From positions 1,792,001-1,856,000 of the forward strand of contig OY762654.1 in assembly GCA_963666205.1 (NCBI GenBank): DNA of 64,000 bases. The letters run 5' to 3'. Below are positions 19,591-28,899 of the stretch, piece after piece. The notes beneath the pieces were generated by a model that searched no databases, was not told the origin of the DNA, and was given only the letters and a program-made list of their open reading frames with translations. The position numbers were made by a program, and so were the translations under genes. The DNA is from Synergistales bacterium (GTDB taxonomy: Bacteria; Synergistota; Synergistia; Synergistales; JAFGMB01). The stretch's first letter is position 1. Every line of letters begins with the position of its first letter.

Positions 19591-20169
19591 ATGGCCATGA
19601 ATGAAGTGATAAGTAACATCAAAACCCGAAGGAGTATCCGAAAATATCAGCCTGTCCAGGTGGAGCAGGAAAAGCTGGATGCCATTCTTGACGCTGCCAT
19701 ACATGCTCCAAGCGGGAACAACCAGCAGCCCTGGCACTTCCTGTTAGTTCAGGACAATGGCATTATCGAAGATCTGGACCTCAGGATCAGGAAAAGCATG
19801 GCGGAAAGTGGAATTTCCAGGATGGTTAAATTGGGCGAAGATCCGAAGTATCGTGTCTTTTTCCATGCCCCTATAATCGTAATAGTATCTGGCAATGAGA
19901 TTAATTATGCCCCGGAGGGGCACCTCATTCCCTTTGCTGACTGCTGCGCAGCCATACAGAACATGCTCCTGGCTGCCCACAGCCTGGGAGTAGGGTCCTG
20001 CTGGATCGGCCTCGCCCGTTACCTTTTCCGACATCCTGAAAGAATGAAAGATCTACCTATCCCCGAAGGATTCAAACCATATTATGCCGTCTGCCTCGGT
20101 TATCCGGATCCATCCTTCAGGACAAACTGTCCGAAGAGAAAAGAGGGAGTAGTGGATTATCTGAGATAA
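19591..20169 (+). CDS. Nitroreductase family protein
   Basis: TRRSIRKY, APSGNNQQPW, QNMLLAAHSLGVGSCWIG, LGYP. Confidence 0.92.
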   Translation: MAMNEVISNIKTRRSIRKYQPVQVEQEKLDAILDAAIHAPSGNNQQPWHFLLVQDNGIIEDLDLRIRKSMAESGISRMVKLGEDPKYRVFFHAPIIVIVSGNEINYAPEGHLIPFADCCAAIQNMLLAAHSLGVGSCWIGLARYLFRHPERMKDLPIPEGFKPYYAVCLGYPDPSFRTNCPKRKEGVVDYLR

Positions 20170-20198
20170 TGTCAATCAGTTTGTTTATCAATAAAAAT

Positions 20199-20244
20199 TT
20201 CAGAAGCATACTATAGAATATAAAGTTTCCTGTATGCTTCTGAA
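20199..20244. terminator. 13-bp inverted repeat between convergent genes
   Basis: TTCAGAAGCATAC-20 nt-GTATGCTTCTGAA. Confidence 0.55.
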
Positions 20245-20270
20245 TTCTTATAAGTTTGTGTTTAAATTTA

Positions 20271-21161
20271 TTAATCGACAAATTTGGGGAGAAATTCCTT
20301 TTCCAGTTCTCTGAATTGAGGGAACCCCACAAGATCCTTAAAATCTGAGAATGGAACTACGAGGTCTGTCCTCTCAGGAGCTATTTTATCTCCTTTTATT
20401 ACTTCCAGATAGTTGATCATTCCCTGTACAGCTGCAAAGAGTGGTCCCACTGGCAAGCTTATTCGGGCCACTCCCATCTCGCGAAGTTTTTCTATGGCAA
20501 TTAGTGGGGTTTTACCTCCTACCACAGCATCCATAAGATTGATACTTACAGGGGCATTTATTCCCTTGACTATTTCATTTATCTGTTTAGGGGAGCGGGG
20601 AGCTTCTACAAAAATAAGATCTGCCCCTGCTTCTGCATATGCGTTCCCCCTCCGGATAGCTTCATCAACTCCTGACACAGCTATAGCATCAGTCCTTGCA
20701 TTGATTACAAAGTCCGGATCTAAATTTTTCTTTACGGATTTGCAGGCTTTTATCTTGAGGACCATTTCATCAAGAGAGACTATCTGTTTTCCTTCAAGGT
20801 GCCCACATCGTTTAGGAAAAAACTGGTCCTCAATATTCATTCCCGCTGCACCCGCCCTGATAAGCTTTTCTGTTACATATCTCGCATTGATGGCATTGCC
20901 GAATCCAGTGTCAGCATCAGCCATTACCGGAATATTCACTGCATCGATGATATTTCTTGTAAATTCCAGCATCTCACTGAAACTCAAAAAAGCCATGTCA
21001 GGCATTCCAAGATAGGTTGCAGCAAGGCCAAAACCACTGACTTGAAGGGCTTTAAAACCTGCTTTTTCTATCAATTTGGCGGAGAGGGCATCCTGTGCTC
21101 CAGGACAAACAAGGGCCTGTTTATCCAGGAGCATGTTTTTCAATTGCGTTGTTTTTCTCAT
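20271..21161 (-). CDS. Isocitrate lyase/PEP mutase family lyase (2-methylisocitrate or 2,3-dimethylmalate lyase-like)
   Basis: DADTGFG, IEDQ, PKRCGH, ARTDA, AGADLIF motifs. Confidence 0.9.
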   Translation of the reverse strand: MRKTTQLKNMLLDKQALVCPGAQDALSAKLIEKAGFKALQVSGFGLAATYLGMPDMAFLSFSEMLEFTRNIIDAVNIPVMADADTGFGNAINARYVTEKLIRAGAAGMNIEDQFFPKRCGHLEGKQIVSLDEMVLKIKACKSVKKNLDPDFVINARTDAIAVSGVDEAIRRGNAYAEAGADLIFVEAPRSPKQINEIVKGINAPVSINLMDAVVGGKTPLIAIEKLREMGVARISLPVGPLFAAVQGMINYLEVIKGDKIAPERTDLVVPFSDFKDLVGFPQFRELEKEFLPKFVD

Positions 21162-21232
21162 CCGTTTCCTCCTGTTTATATTGACCGTGATGTATGGTTT
21201 TAAGGTTTAATCCGAGTTTCTGTAATCATAAT

Positions 21233-21733
21233 TTATAGTGAATTTCCATAGCCCTTTCTCTTTCTAAGAAAGCCCACGAGGCCACCTTCTTTAAGGATAT
21301 CAATCATAACGTTGGGCATGGATTCTACTCTTGTTTCAGTTCCCTTTGTAATATTGAAAAGGGTTCCTGACTCTACATTGTATTCCAGTTCATCCTCATC
21401 TGATATGGCAGAAGTATCACATTCCACAATAGACAGTCCAACATTTATTGCGTTCCTGAAAAATATTCTGCCGAAGGAAGAGGCTACAATGCAGCCGACG
21501 CCTGCGTTCTTTAGCGCGAGAGGGGCCTGTTCTCTTGACGAACCGCACCCGAAATTTTCTCCCCCTACAACAAAATCACCTTTACTTAGTCTGCTATGAA
21601 AATCAGGGTCCAGATCTTCCATGGCATGTTCGGCTAGAATGGACATGTTTAGAGTTTTTGTATATTTGCCGGCAATAATAAGGTCTGTATTGATATCATC
21701 ACCGTATTTCAGAGCTTTCCCATATAGTTTCAT
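21233..21733 (-). CDS. LeuD/HacB/DmdB-type hydratase small subunit (1)
   Basis: GDDINTDLII, NFGCGSSREQA, RIFFRNAIN. Confidence 0.9.
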   Translation of the reverse strand: MKLYGKALKYGDDINTDLIIAGKYTKTLNMSILAEHAMEDLDPDFHSRLSKGDFVVGGENFGCGSSREQAPLALKNAGVGCIVASSFGRIFFRNAINVGLSIVECDTSAISDEDELEYNVESGTLFNITKGTETRVESMPNVMIDILKEGGLVGFLRKRKGYGNSL

Positions 21734-21735
21734 TT

Positions 21736-22962
21736 TTAGGCCTCCATCTTGCGGGGATCAGTAATTTTCCCTGTCAGGGAACTTGCTGCTGCTGTAGCCG
21801 GAGAGGCAAGATATATACAGGCTTTATTATTTCCCATCCTTCCCTTGAAGTTTCTGTTCGTTGTTGAGAGAACATTTTCATTGTCTCCAGGAATTCCATT
21901 ATGTGTACCAACGCAGGCTCCACAGCCTATAGGAGCCAGGGTTGCACCGGCATTGAGAAGAGTGGAAATGATTCCTTCTTCAATGGCCTGTAACAATATT
22001 TTTTTTGAAGCTGGAGCGACCAGAAACCTTACAGAGGGGTGGATTTTCCTACCCTCAAGGATTTTTGCCGCAATCCTGAGATCATCGACCCGGGCATTTG
22101 TACAGCTTCCCAGGAATATCTGTTGGATTGGAATCCCTTCAACCTCAGGAATTGAACAAACATTATCTACCGTATGGGGTTTTGCTACCATAGGGGAAAG
22201 TTTTGAGAGATCAACTTCCACATATCTCTCTATCACAGCTCCGGCATCTGATTGAAGGCCTGTCGAGGAATCACAGATAACACCGCATTTCGCTCCCATC
22301 TCTACCACCATATTGCAAATGGTCATTTTTTCAGAAAGAGAGATCGCTTCAAGGAAGTCTCCATGAAATTCTATAGCTTTATATACAGCACCCTGTGCAC
22401 CTAAAGTTCCGACTATTGAAAGAATAAGGTCTTTGGCAAAGACTCCATCTGGTAGATTTCCATTGAGGTTTATCTTGATAGTCTGTGGAATCCTGAACCA
22501 TGATTTACCTGTAAACATGGCTGCAGCGAGATCAGTTGAACCGACACCAATGGAGATAGTCCCGACTGCTCCATAGGTACATGTATGGGAATCAGCACCA
22601 AGGACAAGATCTCCTGCTTTAACGTACTCATTTTCTATAATAAGTTGGTGACATATCCCTTCCCCAATGTCATGAAACAGGCATGCCTGTTTCATGGAGA
22701 ATTCCCGAATGAGACTGTGCAGGTTGGCAATATTCTGATTCGGAGCGGGGGTGGCATGGTCAAGAATAAACACAGTGCCTCGGGGTTTTGCGATATAGAG
22801 ACCTCCCATTTCTTCGAAAGCCTTGATCGCAAGAGGGCCTGTAGTGTCAGAAGCCATAACAAGATCAACATCACATATGTGGTATGACCCCGACCTGGCG
22901 AGGGATCCTGAGTGTTTAGAAAAAACCTGTTCAGTTATTGTAAGGGGAGTAACCTTGTTCAT
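21736..22962 (-). CDS. LeuC/HacA/DmdA-type aconitase-family hydratase large subunit (1)
   Basis: DH, GICHQ, DSHTCT, GSCTN, CGAC, TNRNFKGRMG; three Fe-S Cys present. Confidence 0.9.
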   Translation of the reverse strand: MNKVTPLTITEQVFSKHSGSLARSGSYHICDVDLVMASDTTGPLAIKAFEEMGGLYIAKPRGTVFILDHATPAPNQNIANLHSLIREFSMKQACLFHDIGEGICHQLIIENEYVKAGDLVLGADSHTCTYGAVGTISIGVGSTDLAAAMFTGKSWFRIPQTIKINLNGNLPDGVFAKDLILSIVGTLGAQGAVYKAIEFHGDFLEAISLSEKMTICNMVVEMGAKCGVICDSSTGLQSDAGAVIERYVEVDLSKLSPMVAKPHTVDNVCSIPEVEGIPIQQIFLGSCTNARVDDLRIAAKILEGRKIHPSVRFLVAPASKKILLQAIEEGIISTLLNAGATLAPIGCGACVGTHNGIPGDNENVLSTTNRNFKGRMGNNKACIYLASPATAAASSLTGKITDPRKMEA

Positions 22963-23723
22963 TTGTTCCCATCCTTGTAACCAAGGGATCTTGATATATC
23001 TCCGGTTGCTTTAAGAATGAGATCAACAAATTGATTGACACGTTCAGGGGTAAATCTTATTGTTGCTCCTGAGATGGTTAATCCTGCAACTACAGTTCCA
23101 TCCCACCTTCTGATAGGGGCAGATACGGTTGAGGCCCCAGGTATTCTTTCACCATGTGAAACAGCAAAACCTTTTTTTATGATTTCGTCCAACTGCTTGT
23201 TTATTTCAATCATAGTCTGGTCTAACTCTCCCAGATTGTCTTTAATTATTTTATGAGCGTCCTCTCTATTCATATATGCGAGCAGAAGCTTTCCGGATGC
23301 AGCCGAATATAAGGGGAGTCTTTTCCCTATTGTTGCAGAATATCTCAAGGTATGAGAGCTGTCGATCTTATCTATGCAGAGCCTGGAACCTTCCATCACA
23401 ATATTGATCTCTATGGTTTCCTGGGTAAGCATTGATAGTTCTTCCATGACTGGTCTGGATACTTCCCGGAGTCTTAGTTTGGATTCAGCAACCTTCCCAA
23501 GCTGGAAAAGAGCCATACCTAGAGAATATTCCTGTGTGGCCTGATCTCGTTGGAGGAAGGCTTGATCATGTAGAGATGCTACAAGTCGGATAATTGTTGT
23601 TTTTGGTAATTTTACAGATTCAACTATTTCAGAAAGCTGCATCTGAGGTTTATCAAAACTGAAACACTTAAGGATGCTTAAAGCTCTTTCGACAGATCTT
23701 ACCGGGTTATGAGAGTTTTTCAT
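22959..23723 (-). CDS. IclR family transcriptional regulator
   Basis: SVERALSIL…LPKTT..RL HTH; GKRLPLYSAASGK, VSAPI. Confidence 0.92.
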   Translation of the reverse strand: MKNSHNPVRSVERALSILKCFSFDKPQMQLSEIVESVKLPKTTIIRLVASLHDQAFLQRDQATQEYSLGMALFQLGKVAESKLRLREVSRPVMEELSMLTQETIEINIVMEGSRLCIDKIDSSHTLRYSATIGKRLPLYSAASGKLLLAYMNREDAHKIIKDNLGELDQTMIEINKQLDEIIKKGFAVSHGERIPGASTVSAPIRRWDGTVVAGLTISGATIRFTPERVNQFVDLILKATGDISRSLGYKDGNK

Positions 23724-23784
23724 TTTATATCTCCTCTCTGAGTTAAGTCCATTAAATGGTTTTAAATACCATAATAATAGTTAG

Positions 23785-23814
23785 ATTATAGGTATGTTCC
23801 AGGGCATTTGTCAA
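23785..23814 (-). promoter_or_regulatory. Sigma70-type promoter for the iclR-leuC-leuD-lyase arm
   Basis: Minus strand TTGACA(23814-23809)-18 bp-TATAAT(23790-23785). Confidence 0.65.
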
Positions 23815-24031
23815 ATAGATAGGATTGTAATATTGCTAACATATAGATTTAAAAAGTGCAAACTTGACAAAAACGCTATGCCATAGGATATTATACCCAT
23901 GGTCTATAGAACGGGAACAAAGTCCATCTAATGGACCTAATCCACTTGTAACAAAATTCATCTTGATTTGAGATAAGTTATTAAGGAATGAGAAACATAA
24001 AATTAAAGTATGTCAGGGAGGTAAGTGAAAT

Positions 24032-24967
24032 ATGAGGAAAAGTATTTTGGCGTTCTTGATGATGTCTTTGGCTATTGTGGTTATCTTTCCTCTAACGTCA
24101 GGAGCGGCTCCGTTTCCAGAGAAGGAGATAAATTTTATCGTAGCGTATAATCCTGGTGGGGGTTCTGATACGACTGCAAGAATTTTTGCGAAGTTTGCTA
24201 ACAAATATCTTGCTAAACCCATCATAATTGTCAATTATCCTGGCGGTGGTGGTTCCATAGGTCAGCAGAGGGGTGCTCTTGCCGAGCCCGACGGATATAC
24301 CCTAACCCTTATTACTACGTCTCTTACTATTCATCCTTTAACAAAGAAGCTTCAGTATGATTATTCTTCATTCAAGCCTGTAGTACAGTTAACGAATGTC
24401 CCGGACATTCTCATGGTAAGAGGTAATGACGAGGATCTAAATTCTGCTGAAAAATTCCTTGCATATGCCAAAGAAAAACCTAATGCCATAACTGTATCTA
24501 CTTCCGGCGTAGGAGCCACAGATCATTTTACTGCCCAGGTACTTCAGGAGGAGGCTGATATTAAACTTACTCTTGTTCCATACGGTGCAGATGCAAAGGT
24601 GGGTCTTCTTGGCGGACATGTCAGTGCTGCAGTGGGGGGTCCCGAGGATGTCTTTGATCTTCCCGATCTGAAGGCCATACTTGTTTTTGCTGAGGAGAGG
24701 CTCGATACTCTTCCTGATGTTCCCACTGCCAGGGAATTGGGGATAAAATGGGAAAGCTCAGTATGGAGAGGAATTGCTGTTCCCAAGGATACTAATGCTG
24801 AAGTAATTGAATATCTTGGGAAAATATGTAAACAGACAATGGATGATCCTGAGTATCAGAAAACGATGGCCGATCTTGGACTAGGTTTCCAATATCTCGA
24901 TGGGCCTTCTTTTGCGAATAAAATAAAGAATCAGGCTGACACTTACAAGCGCCTTATGGGCAAGTAG
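24032..24967 (+). CDS. tctC: Tripartite tricarboxylate transporter substrate-binding protein (TctC/Bug)
   Basis: Signal peptide; PGGGSDTTAR, N.PGGGG, PDGYT, LPDVPT. Confidence 0.92.
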   Translation: MRKSILAFLMMSLAIVVIFPLTSGAAPFPEKEINFIVAYNPGGGSDTTARIFAKFANKYLAKPIIIVNYPGGGGSIGQQRGALAEPDGYTLTLITTSLTIHPLTKKLQYDYSSFKPVVQLTNVPDILMVRGNDEDLNSAEKFLAYAKEKPNAITVSTSGVGATDHFTAQVLQEEADIKLTLVPYGADAKVGLLGGHVSAAVGGPEDVFDLPDLKAILVFAEERLDTLPDVPTARELGIKWESSVWRGIAVPKDTNAEVIEYLGKICKQTMDDPEYQKTMADLGLGFQYLDGPSFANKIKNQADTYKRLMGK

Positions 24968-25057
24968 TCGTAGCAATATTATGAAAACATGGGTTGGCGA
25001 AGGTCAAGTAAACTTTGCCAACCTTTTTTCTAGAAAGCGAGGAAGATCTAAAATATT

Positions 25058-25501
25058 ATGTTACGTAAAAATGGAGAATTAATAATATATGGAGTTTGTG
25101 TCATTCTTTGCGTATTTTTTCTTTTTGTTATCAAAGATCTTCCGGCAACGGCACGAAACTTTCCTCAATTCAGTTTAATATCCCTGATTGTTGTAGCCGG
25201 TTTGGGTTTTATCAAAACATTACTGTCTCTGCAAAAATCTGATAAAGAGAAGGCAGCTGCGGATTGTGGAGGAGAAAGGAAATTCCTATTTACCCTTCTA
25301 TTATCAGTTCTTTTTGTTTTTTCAATGAAATATCTTGGGTTTTATACAGCATCTTTACTGTACCTTACATCACTTATGTATCTCTTAAATATCAGGAAGA
25401 TCAAGGTTGTCTTAATGGCGAACATTGTGTTTCTTACAGGGATTTACCTGGTATTTTCTCTTTTTCTCAACGTTCCTGTTGAGAAAGGGATATTTTTTTA
25501 A
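25058..25501 (+). CDS. tctB: TTT small membrane subunit TctB
   Basis: 4-5 TM, LGF motif, C-terminal VPVEKG; lies between tctC and tctA. Confidence 0.85.
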   Translation: MLRKNGELIIYGVCVILCVFFLFVIKDLPATARNFPQFSLISLIVVAGLGFIKTLLSLQKSDKEKAAADCGGERKFLFTLLLSVLFVFSMKYLGFYTASLLYLTSLMYLLNIRKIKVVLMANIVFLTGIYLVFSLFLNVPVEKGIFF

Positions 25502-25516
25502 GAGTCACAGGAGGAA

Positions 25517-26998
25517 ATGATATTGAGTATTCTTTCAGCTTTTGCTACTGCTTTTTCCTTTTGGGGTCTTGTTGCGTCTTTTGGTGGAGTTTTTGGTGGT
25601 ATTGTCATAGGTTCACTCCCGGGCTTATCAGCTACAATGGCAGTAGCTCTCCTGATACCGGTTACCTTTGCCATGTCTCCAGGCATAGCTCTTATCCTTC
25701 TTGTAGGGATTTACTGTGGTTCTGTTTATGGTTCGTCCATTTCTGCCATTCTTATAGGTGTTCCAGGAACACCTTCGGCTGCGGCTACCTGGATGGATGG
25801 TTATCCCATGACAAAGAACGGCGAGGCATCAAAGGCACTGGGTGGTTCAATTATAGGATCTTTTATTGGGGGTATCTTCAGTGCTTTCGCTCTAGCTCTC
25901 CTTGCCCCTGTCCTGGCCAAAGTTGCCCTTAAGTTCGGGCCTCCTGAATATTTCTCTTTGGCCATTTTCGGACTTTCAATAATAGTCAGTCTGGTTTCCA
26001 AATCTTTCCTCAAAGGCCTAGTGTCTGCTTTACTTGGTCTAATCCTTGCATCAGTCGGGATGGATCCGATCTTGGGAGAGGTCCGAATGACCTTTGATAG
26101 CATAAACTTAATGAGTGGTATACCCTTTGCCTGTGCAATAATTGGTATTTTCGGTTTTTCTCAAGTTCTCCAGCTCTGTCAACAGAATATCATTGCAGAA
26201 TCATCAGAAAATGATATTTCAGATAGAAGGCTTCCCAACCTGAAAGAAATATTCAAATTCACCCCAACTATTATCAGATCTTCTATTATTGGCACTATTA
26301 TTGGAATAATACCAGGTGCTGGAACAAGTATGGCTTCTTTTATAGCCTATAACGAAGCTAAACGTTTTTCAAAGAACAGAGAAAAATTTGGCACAGGGTA
26401 TCTGGAAGGAGTAATTGCGCCAGATACAGCAAATAATGCTGTAACAGGTGGATCAATGGTTCCTATGCTTGCTTTAGGTGTTCCCGGGAACGGCGTTTCA
26501 GCCATTTTCATTGGAGCCCTTATGATCCATGGAATAGCCCCAGGTCCATTACTTTTTAAAAATCATGCGGACCTTGTCAATACAATCTTTCTTGGTTTTT
26601 TTGTAGCAAATTTCTTCATGCTCATAATTGGGTTGCTGGTCGCTAAATATATGTCCAGGGTTACTCTTATCCCGACGGGTATTCTTACTCCGATGATATG
26701 TGTACTTTGTGTCATAGGATCCTATGCCATCCGTAATAATCTTTTTGATGTATGGGTAATGCTTTTCTTTGGATTGGGAAGCTATTTCCTTTCAAAGTTT
26801 AAATTTTCTCTCATACCCTTTGTTTTGGCCTTGATATTAGCTCCCATTGCTGAAAAATCATTCTACCAGTCTCTTCTTATTTCTCAGGGTAGTTATTCAA
26901 TCTTTTTCACCAAGCCCATAAGTCTTGTCCTGATTGTACTGGCAGTCCTTTCTGTTGTAATACCACTTTTCAAAAAAGGACTTAAAGAACAGGAATAA
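25517..26998 (+). CDS. tctA: TTT large membrane subunit TctA
   Basis: GSLPGL, PGTP, DGYPM, FGPPEYF, ANNA, LGVPG. Confidence 0.92.
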   Translation: MILSILSAFATAFSFWGLVASFGGVFGGIVIGSLPGLSATMAVALLIPVTFAMSPGIALILLVGIYCGSVYGSSISAILIGVPGTPSAAATWMDGYPMTKNGEASKALGGSIIGSFIGGIFSAFALALLAPVLAKVALKFGPPEYFSLAIFGLSIIVSLVSKSFLKGLVSALLGLILASVGMDPILGEVRMTFDSINLMSGIPFACAIIGIFGFSQVLQLCQQNIIAESSENDISDRRLPNLKEIFKFTPTIIRSSIIGTIIGIIPGAGTSMASFIAYNEAKRFSKNREKFGTGYLEGVIAPDTANNAVTGGSMVPMLALGVPGNGVSAIFIGALMIHGIAPGPLLFKNHADLVNTIFLGFFVANFFMLIIGLLVAKYMSRVTLIPTGILTPMICVLCVIGSYAIRNNLFDVWVMLFFGLGSYFLSKFKFSLIPFVLALILAPIAEKSFYQSLLISQGSYSIFFTKPISLVLIVLAVLSVVIPLFKKGLKEQE

Positions 26999-27034
26999 AC
27001 AATATCTGAATGCAGCCCGAAAGGTAGGGATCAA

Positions 27035-28297
27035 ATGGGTAAGACCTTTGCGGAAAAAGTTTTGGGAAATGCAGCGGGAAAAGATGTTGAACCAGGTGAG
27101 ATAGTAAATGTCTACCCTCACTTTTGCATGAGTCATGACAATGCTGCTGCTGTAAGAAAAATATTCAGCAGGATAAATACTGCAAAAGTCTGGGACCCTG
27201 AGAGGCTAGTATTTATCCTGGATCATGCCATACCTGCACCAAGTGACAAACATGCATTGAACCACCAACAGATCAGAGAATTTGTAATGCAACAGAATCT
27301 TGTCCATTTCTATGATGTTACCAGTGAGGGTGGAGTATGCCATCAGGTGATGTGTGAAGAAGGGTATGCTCTTCCGGGGTTGATAAATGTGGGAACTGAT
27401 AGTCATACTTGTACCCATGGTGCCTTTGGGACATTTTCTACCGGAATTGGCAGAACTGAAATGGCAGCAGTCTGGGCAACAGGGCATATATGGTTCAGAG
27501 TGCCAGAATCGATCAAGATAATTCTTGAAGGATCTTTTGCTCCAGGGGTAGTGGTTAAAGATCTTATTCTCCGGATCATTGGTGATATAAAAGCTGATGG
27601 AGCCGATTATCGTTCTCTGGAGTTCCATGGTTCTGCCGTAGAAAAGATGAGCCTTGCAGAGAGAATGACCCTGTGCAATATGGGTATCGAAATGGGTGCC
27701 AAAAATGCTGCTTGTCCTCCAGATAAAAAGGTTCTAACACATATAGAAATATGTGCCAAGAGGAATGACTGGAAGGTTCTTTGGGCGGATGACAATGCAA
27801 AATATGCCCGAATACTTAATTATGATCTTGGAACAGTCGAACCAGGGGTAGCTAAACCCCATACGGTAGATAATTACTCTCAAGTTTCTGTGTTGTTTGG
27901 AACTCCAATCCACCAGGCATTCATAGGAACCTGTACCAACGGTAGATTCGAAGATCTTTACGCTGCTGCTCAGATCCTTAAAGGTCAGAGAGTATCAGTA
28001 AGAACTATCGTTATACCTGCCTCATGGAAGGTATACAGAAAAGCTATGAAGGAAGGGCTCCTTGACATATTCCTGGATTCAGGTTGTGTTATCGCAAATC
28101 CCGGATGTGGGCCCTGCCTAGGAAATCATGAAGGAGTATTGGCTCCTGGAGAGGTATGTGTATCTACTGCCAATCGCAATTTCAGAGGTCGAATGGGCAA
28201 CAGAGACAGCTATATATACCTGGCAAGTCCGTTAACTGTAGCCGCGTCTGCACTGAAGGGAGAAATTGCTGACCCAAGAGAGGTGCATAAGGGATGA
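27035..28297 (+). CDS. LeuC/HacA/DmdA-type hydratase large subunit (2)
   Basis: SHDN, GVCHQ, DSHTCT, GTCTNGR, CGPC, NRNFRGRMG. Confidence 0.9.
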   Translation: MGKTFAEKVLGNAAGKDVEPGEIVNVYPHFCMSHDNAAAVRKIFSRINTAKVWDPERLVFILDHAIPAPSDKHALNHQQIREFVMQQNLVHFYDVTSEGGVCHQVMCEEGYALPGLINVGTDSHTCTHGAFGTFSTGIGRTEMAAVWATGHIWFRVPESIKIILEGSFAPGVVVKDLILRIIGDIKADGADYRSLEFHGSAVEKMSLAERMTLCNMGIEMGAKNAACPPDKKVLTHIEICAKRNDWKVLWADDNAKYARILNYDLGTVEPGVAKPHTVDNYSQVSVLFGTPIHQAFIGTCTNGRFEDLYAAAQILKGQRVSVRTIVIPASWKVYRKAMKEGLLDIFLDSGCVIANPGCGPCLGNHEGVLAPGEVCVSTANRNFRGRMGNRDSYIYLASPLTVAASALKGEIADPREVHKG

Positions 28298-28788
28298 ATA
28301 TAACCGGTAAGGTGTGGAAATATGGTGACAATGTAGATACTGACGTGATTTTTCCCGGGAAATATACGTATACAATTACCGATGAAAAGGAAATGGGAAA
28401 ACATGCACTTGAAGACCTTGATCCTGACTTTGTTTCCAATGTGCAGCCCGGAGATATTATTGTTGGAGGGAGAAACTGGGGGTGCGGATCTTCCAGACAG
28501 CAAGCCGTAACTTGTTTAAAAGTGAATGGGATTGCTGCTATTGTTGTTAAGGGAGTTTCCAGAATCCATTACAGGAACGCTATCAATGAAGCTCTTCCTG
28601 TCATAGTCTGTCCTGAAGCTGTAGATTCTATAGAGCAGGGAGATACTATTAGTATCGATCTTTCTAACGGAAAAGTCTACACGAGAAAAGGTGAATTTTC
28701 ATTTAAACCCTTTCCTCCTGTAATTACTGGTCTTATTGAAAGTGGCGGACTCATCCCTTTTGTTAATGAGAACCTTGGTAAAAGATAG
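28294..28788 (+). CDS. LeuD/HacB/DmdB-type hydratase small subunit (2)
   Basis: GDNVDTDVIFPG, NWGCGSSRQQA, RIHYRNAIN. Confidence 0.9.
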   Translation: MNITGKVWKYGDNVDTDVIFPGKYTYTITDEKEMGKHALEDLDPDFVSNVQPGDIIVGGRNWGCGSSRQQAVTCLKVNGIAAIVVKGVSRIHYRNAINEALPVIVCPEAVDSIEQGDTISIDLSNGKVYTRKGEFSFKPFPPVITGLIESGGLIPFVNENLGKR

Positions 28789-28820
28789 ATTAAGAATTCT
28801 ATATCATCCTGGCGATTGAA

Positions 28821-28860
28821 TAAAGAAGGGCGAAGCCTGTAACTGCTTCGCCCTTCTTTA
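28821..28860. terminator. Bidirectional terminator
   Basis: Perfect 16-bp IR TAAAGAAGGGCGAAGC…GCTTCGCCCTTCTTTA. Confidence 0.85.
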
Positions 28861-28899
28861 TTCTGTAGTTTCTGTCTTCAATTATTTGAAACATAAATA

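Noticed and set aside
20271-28788. Leucine or lysine biosynthesis operon
   Set aside because: No synthase or dehydrogenase partners; context is importer, lyase and IclR, so leuC/leuD symbols were withheld.
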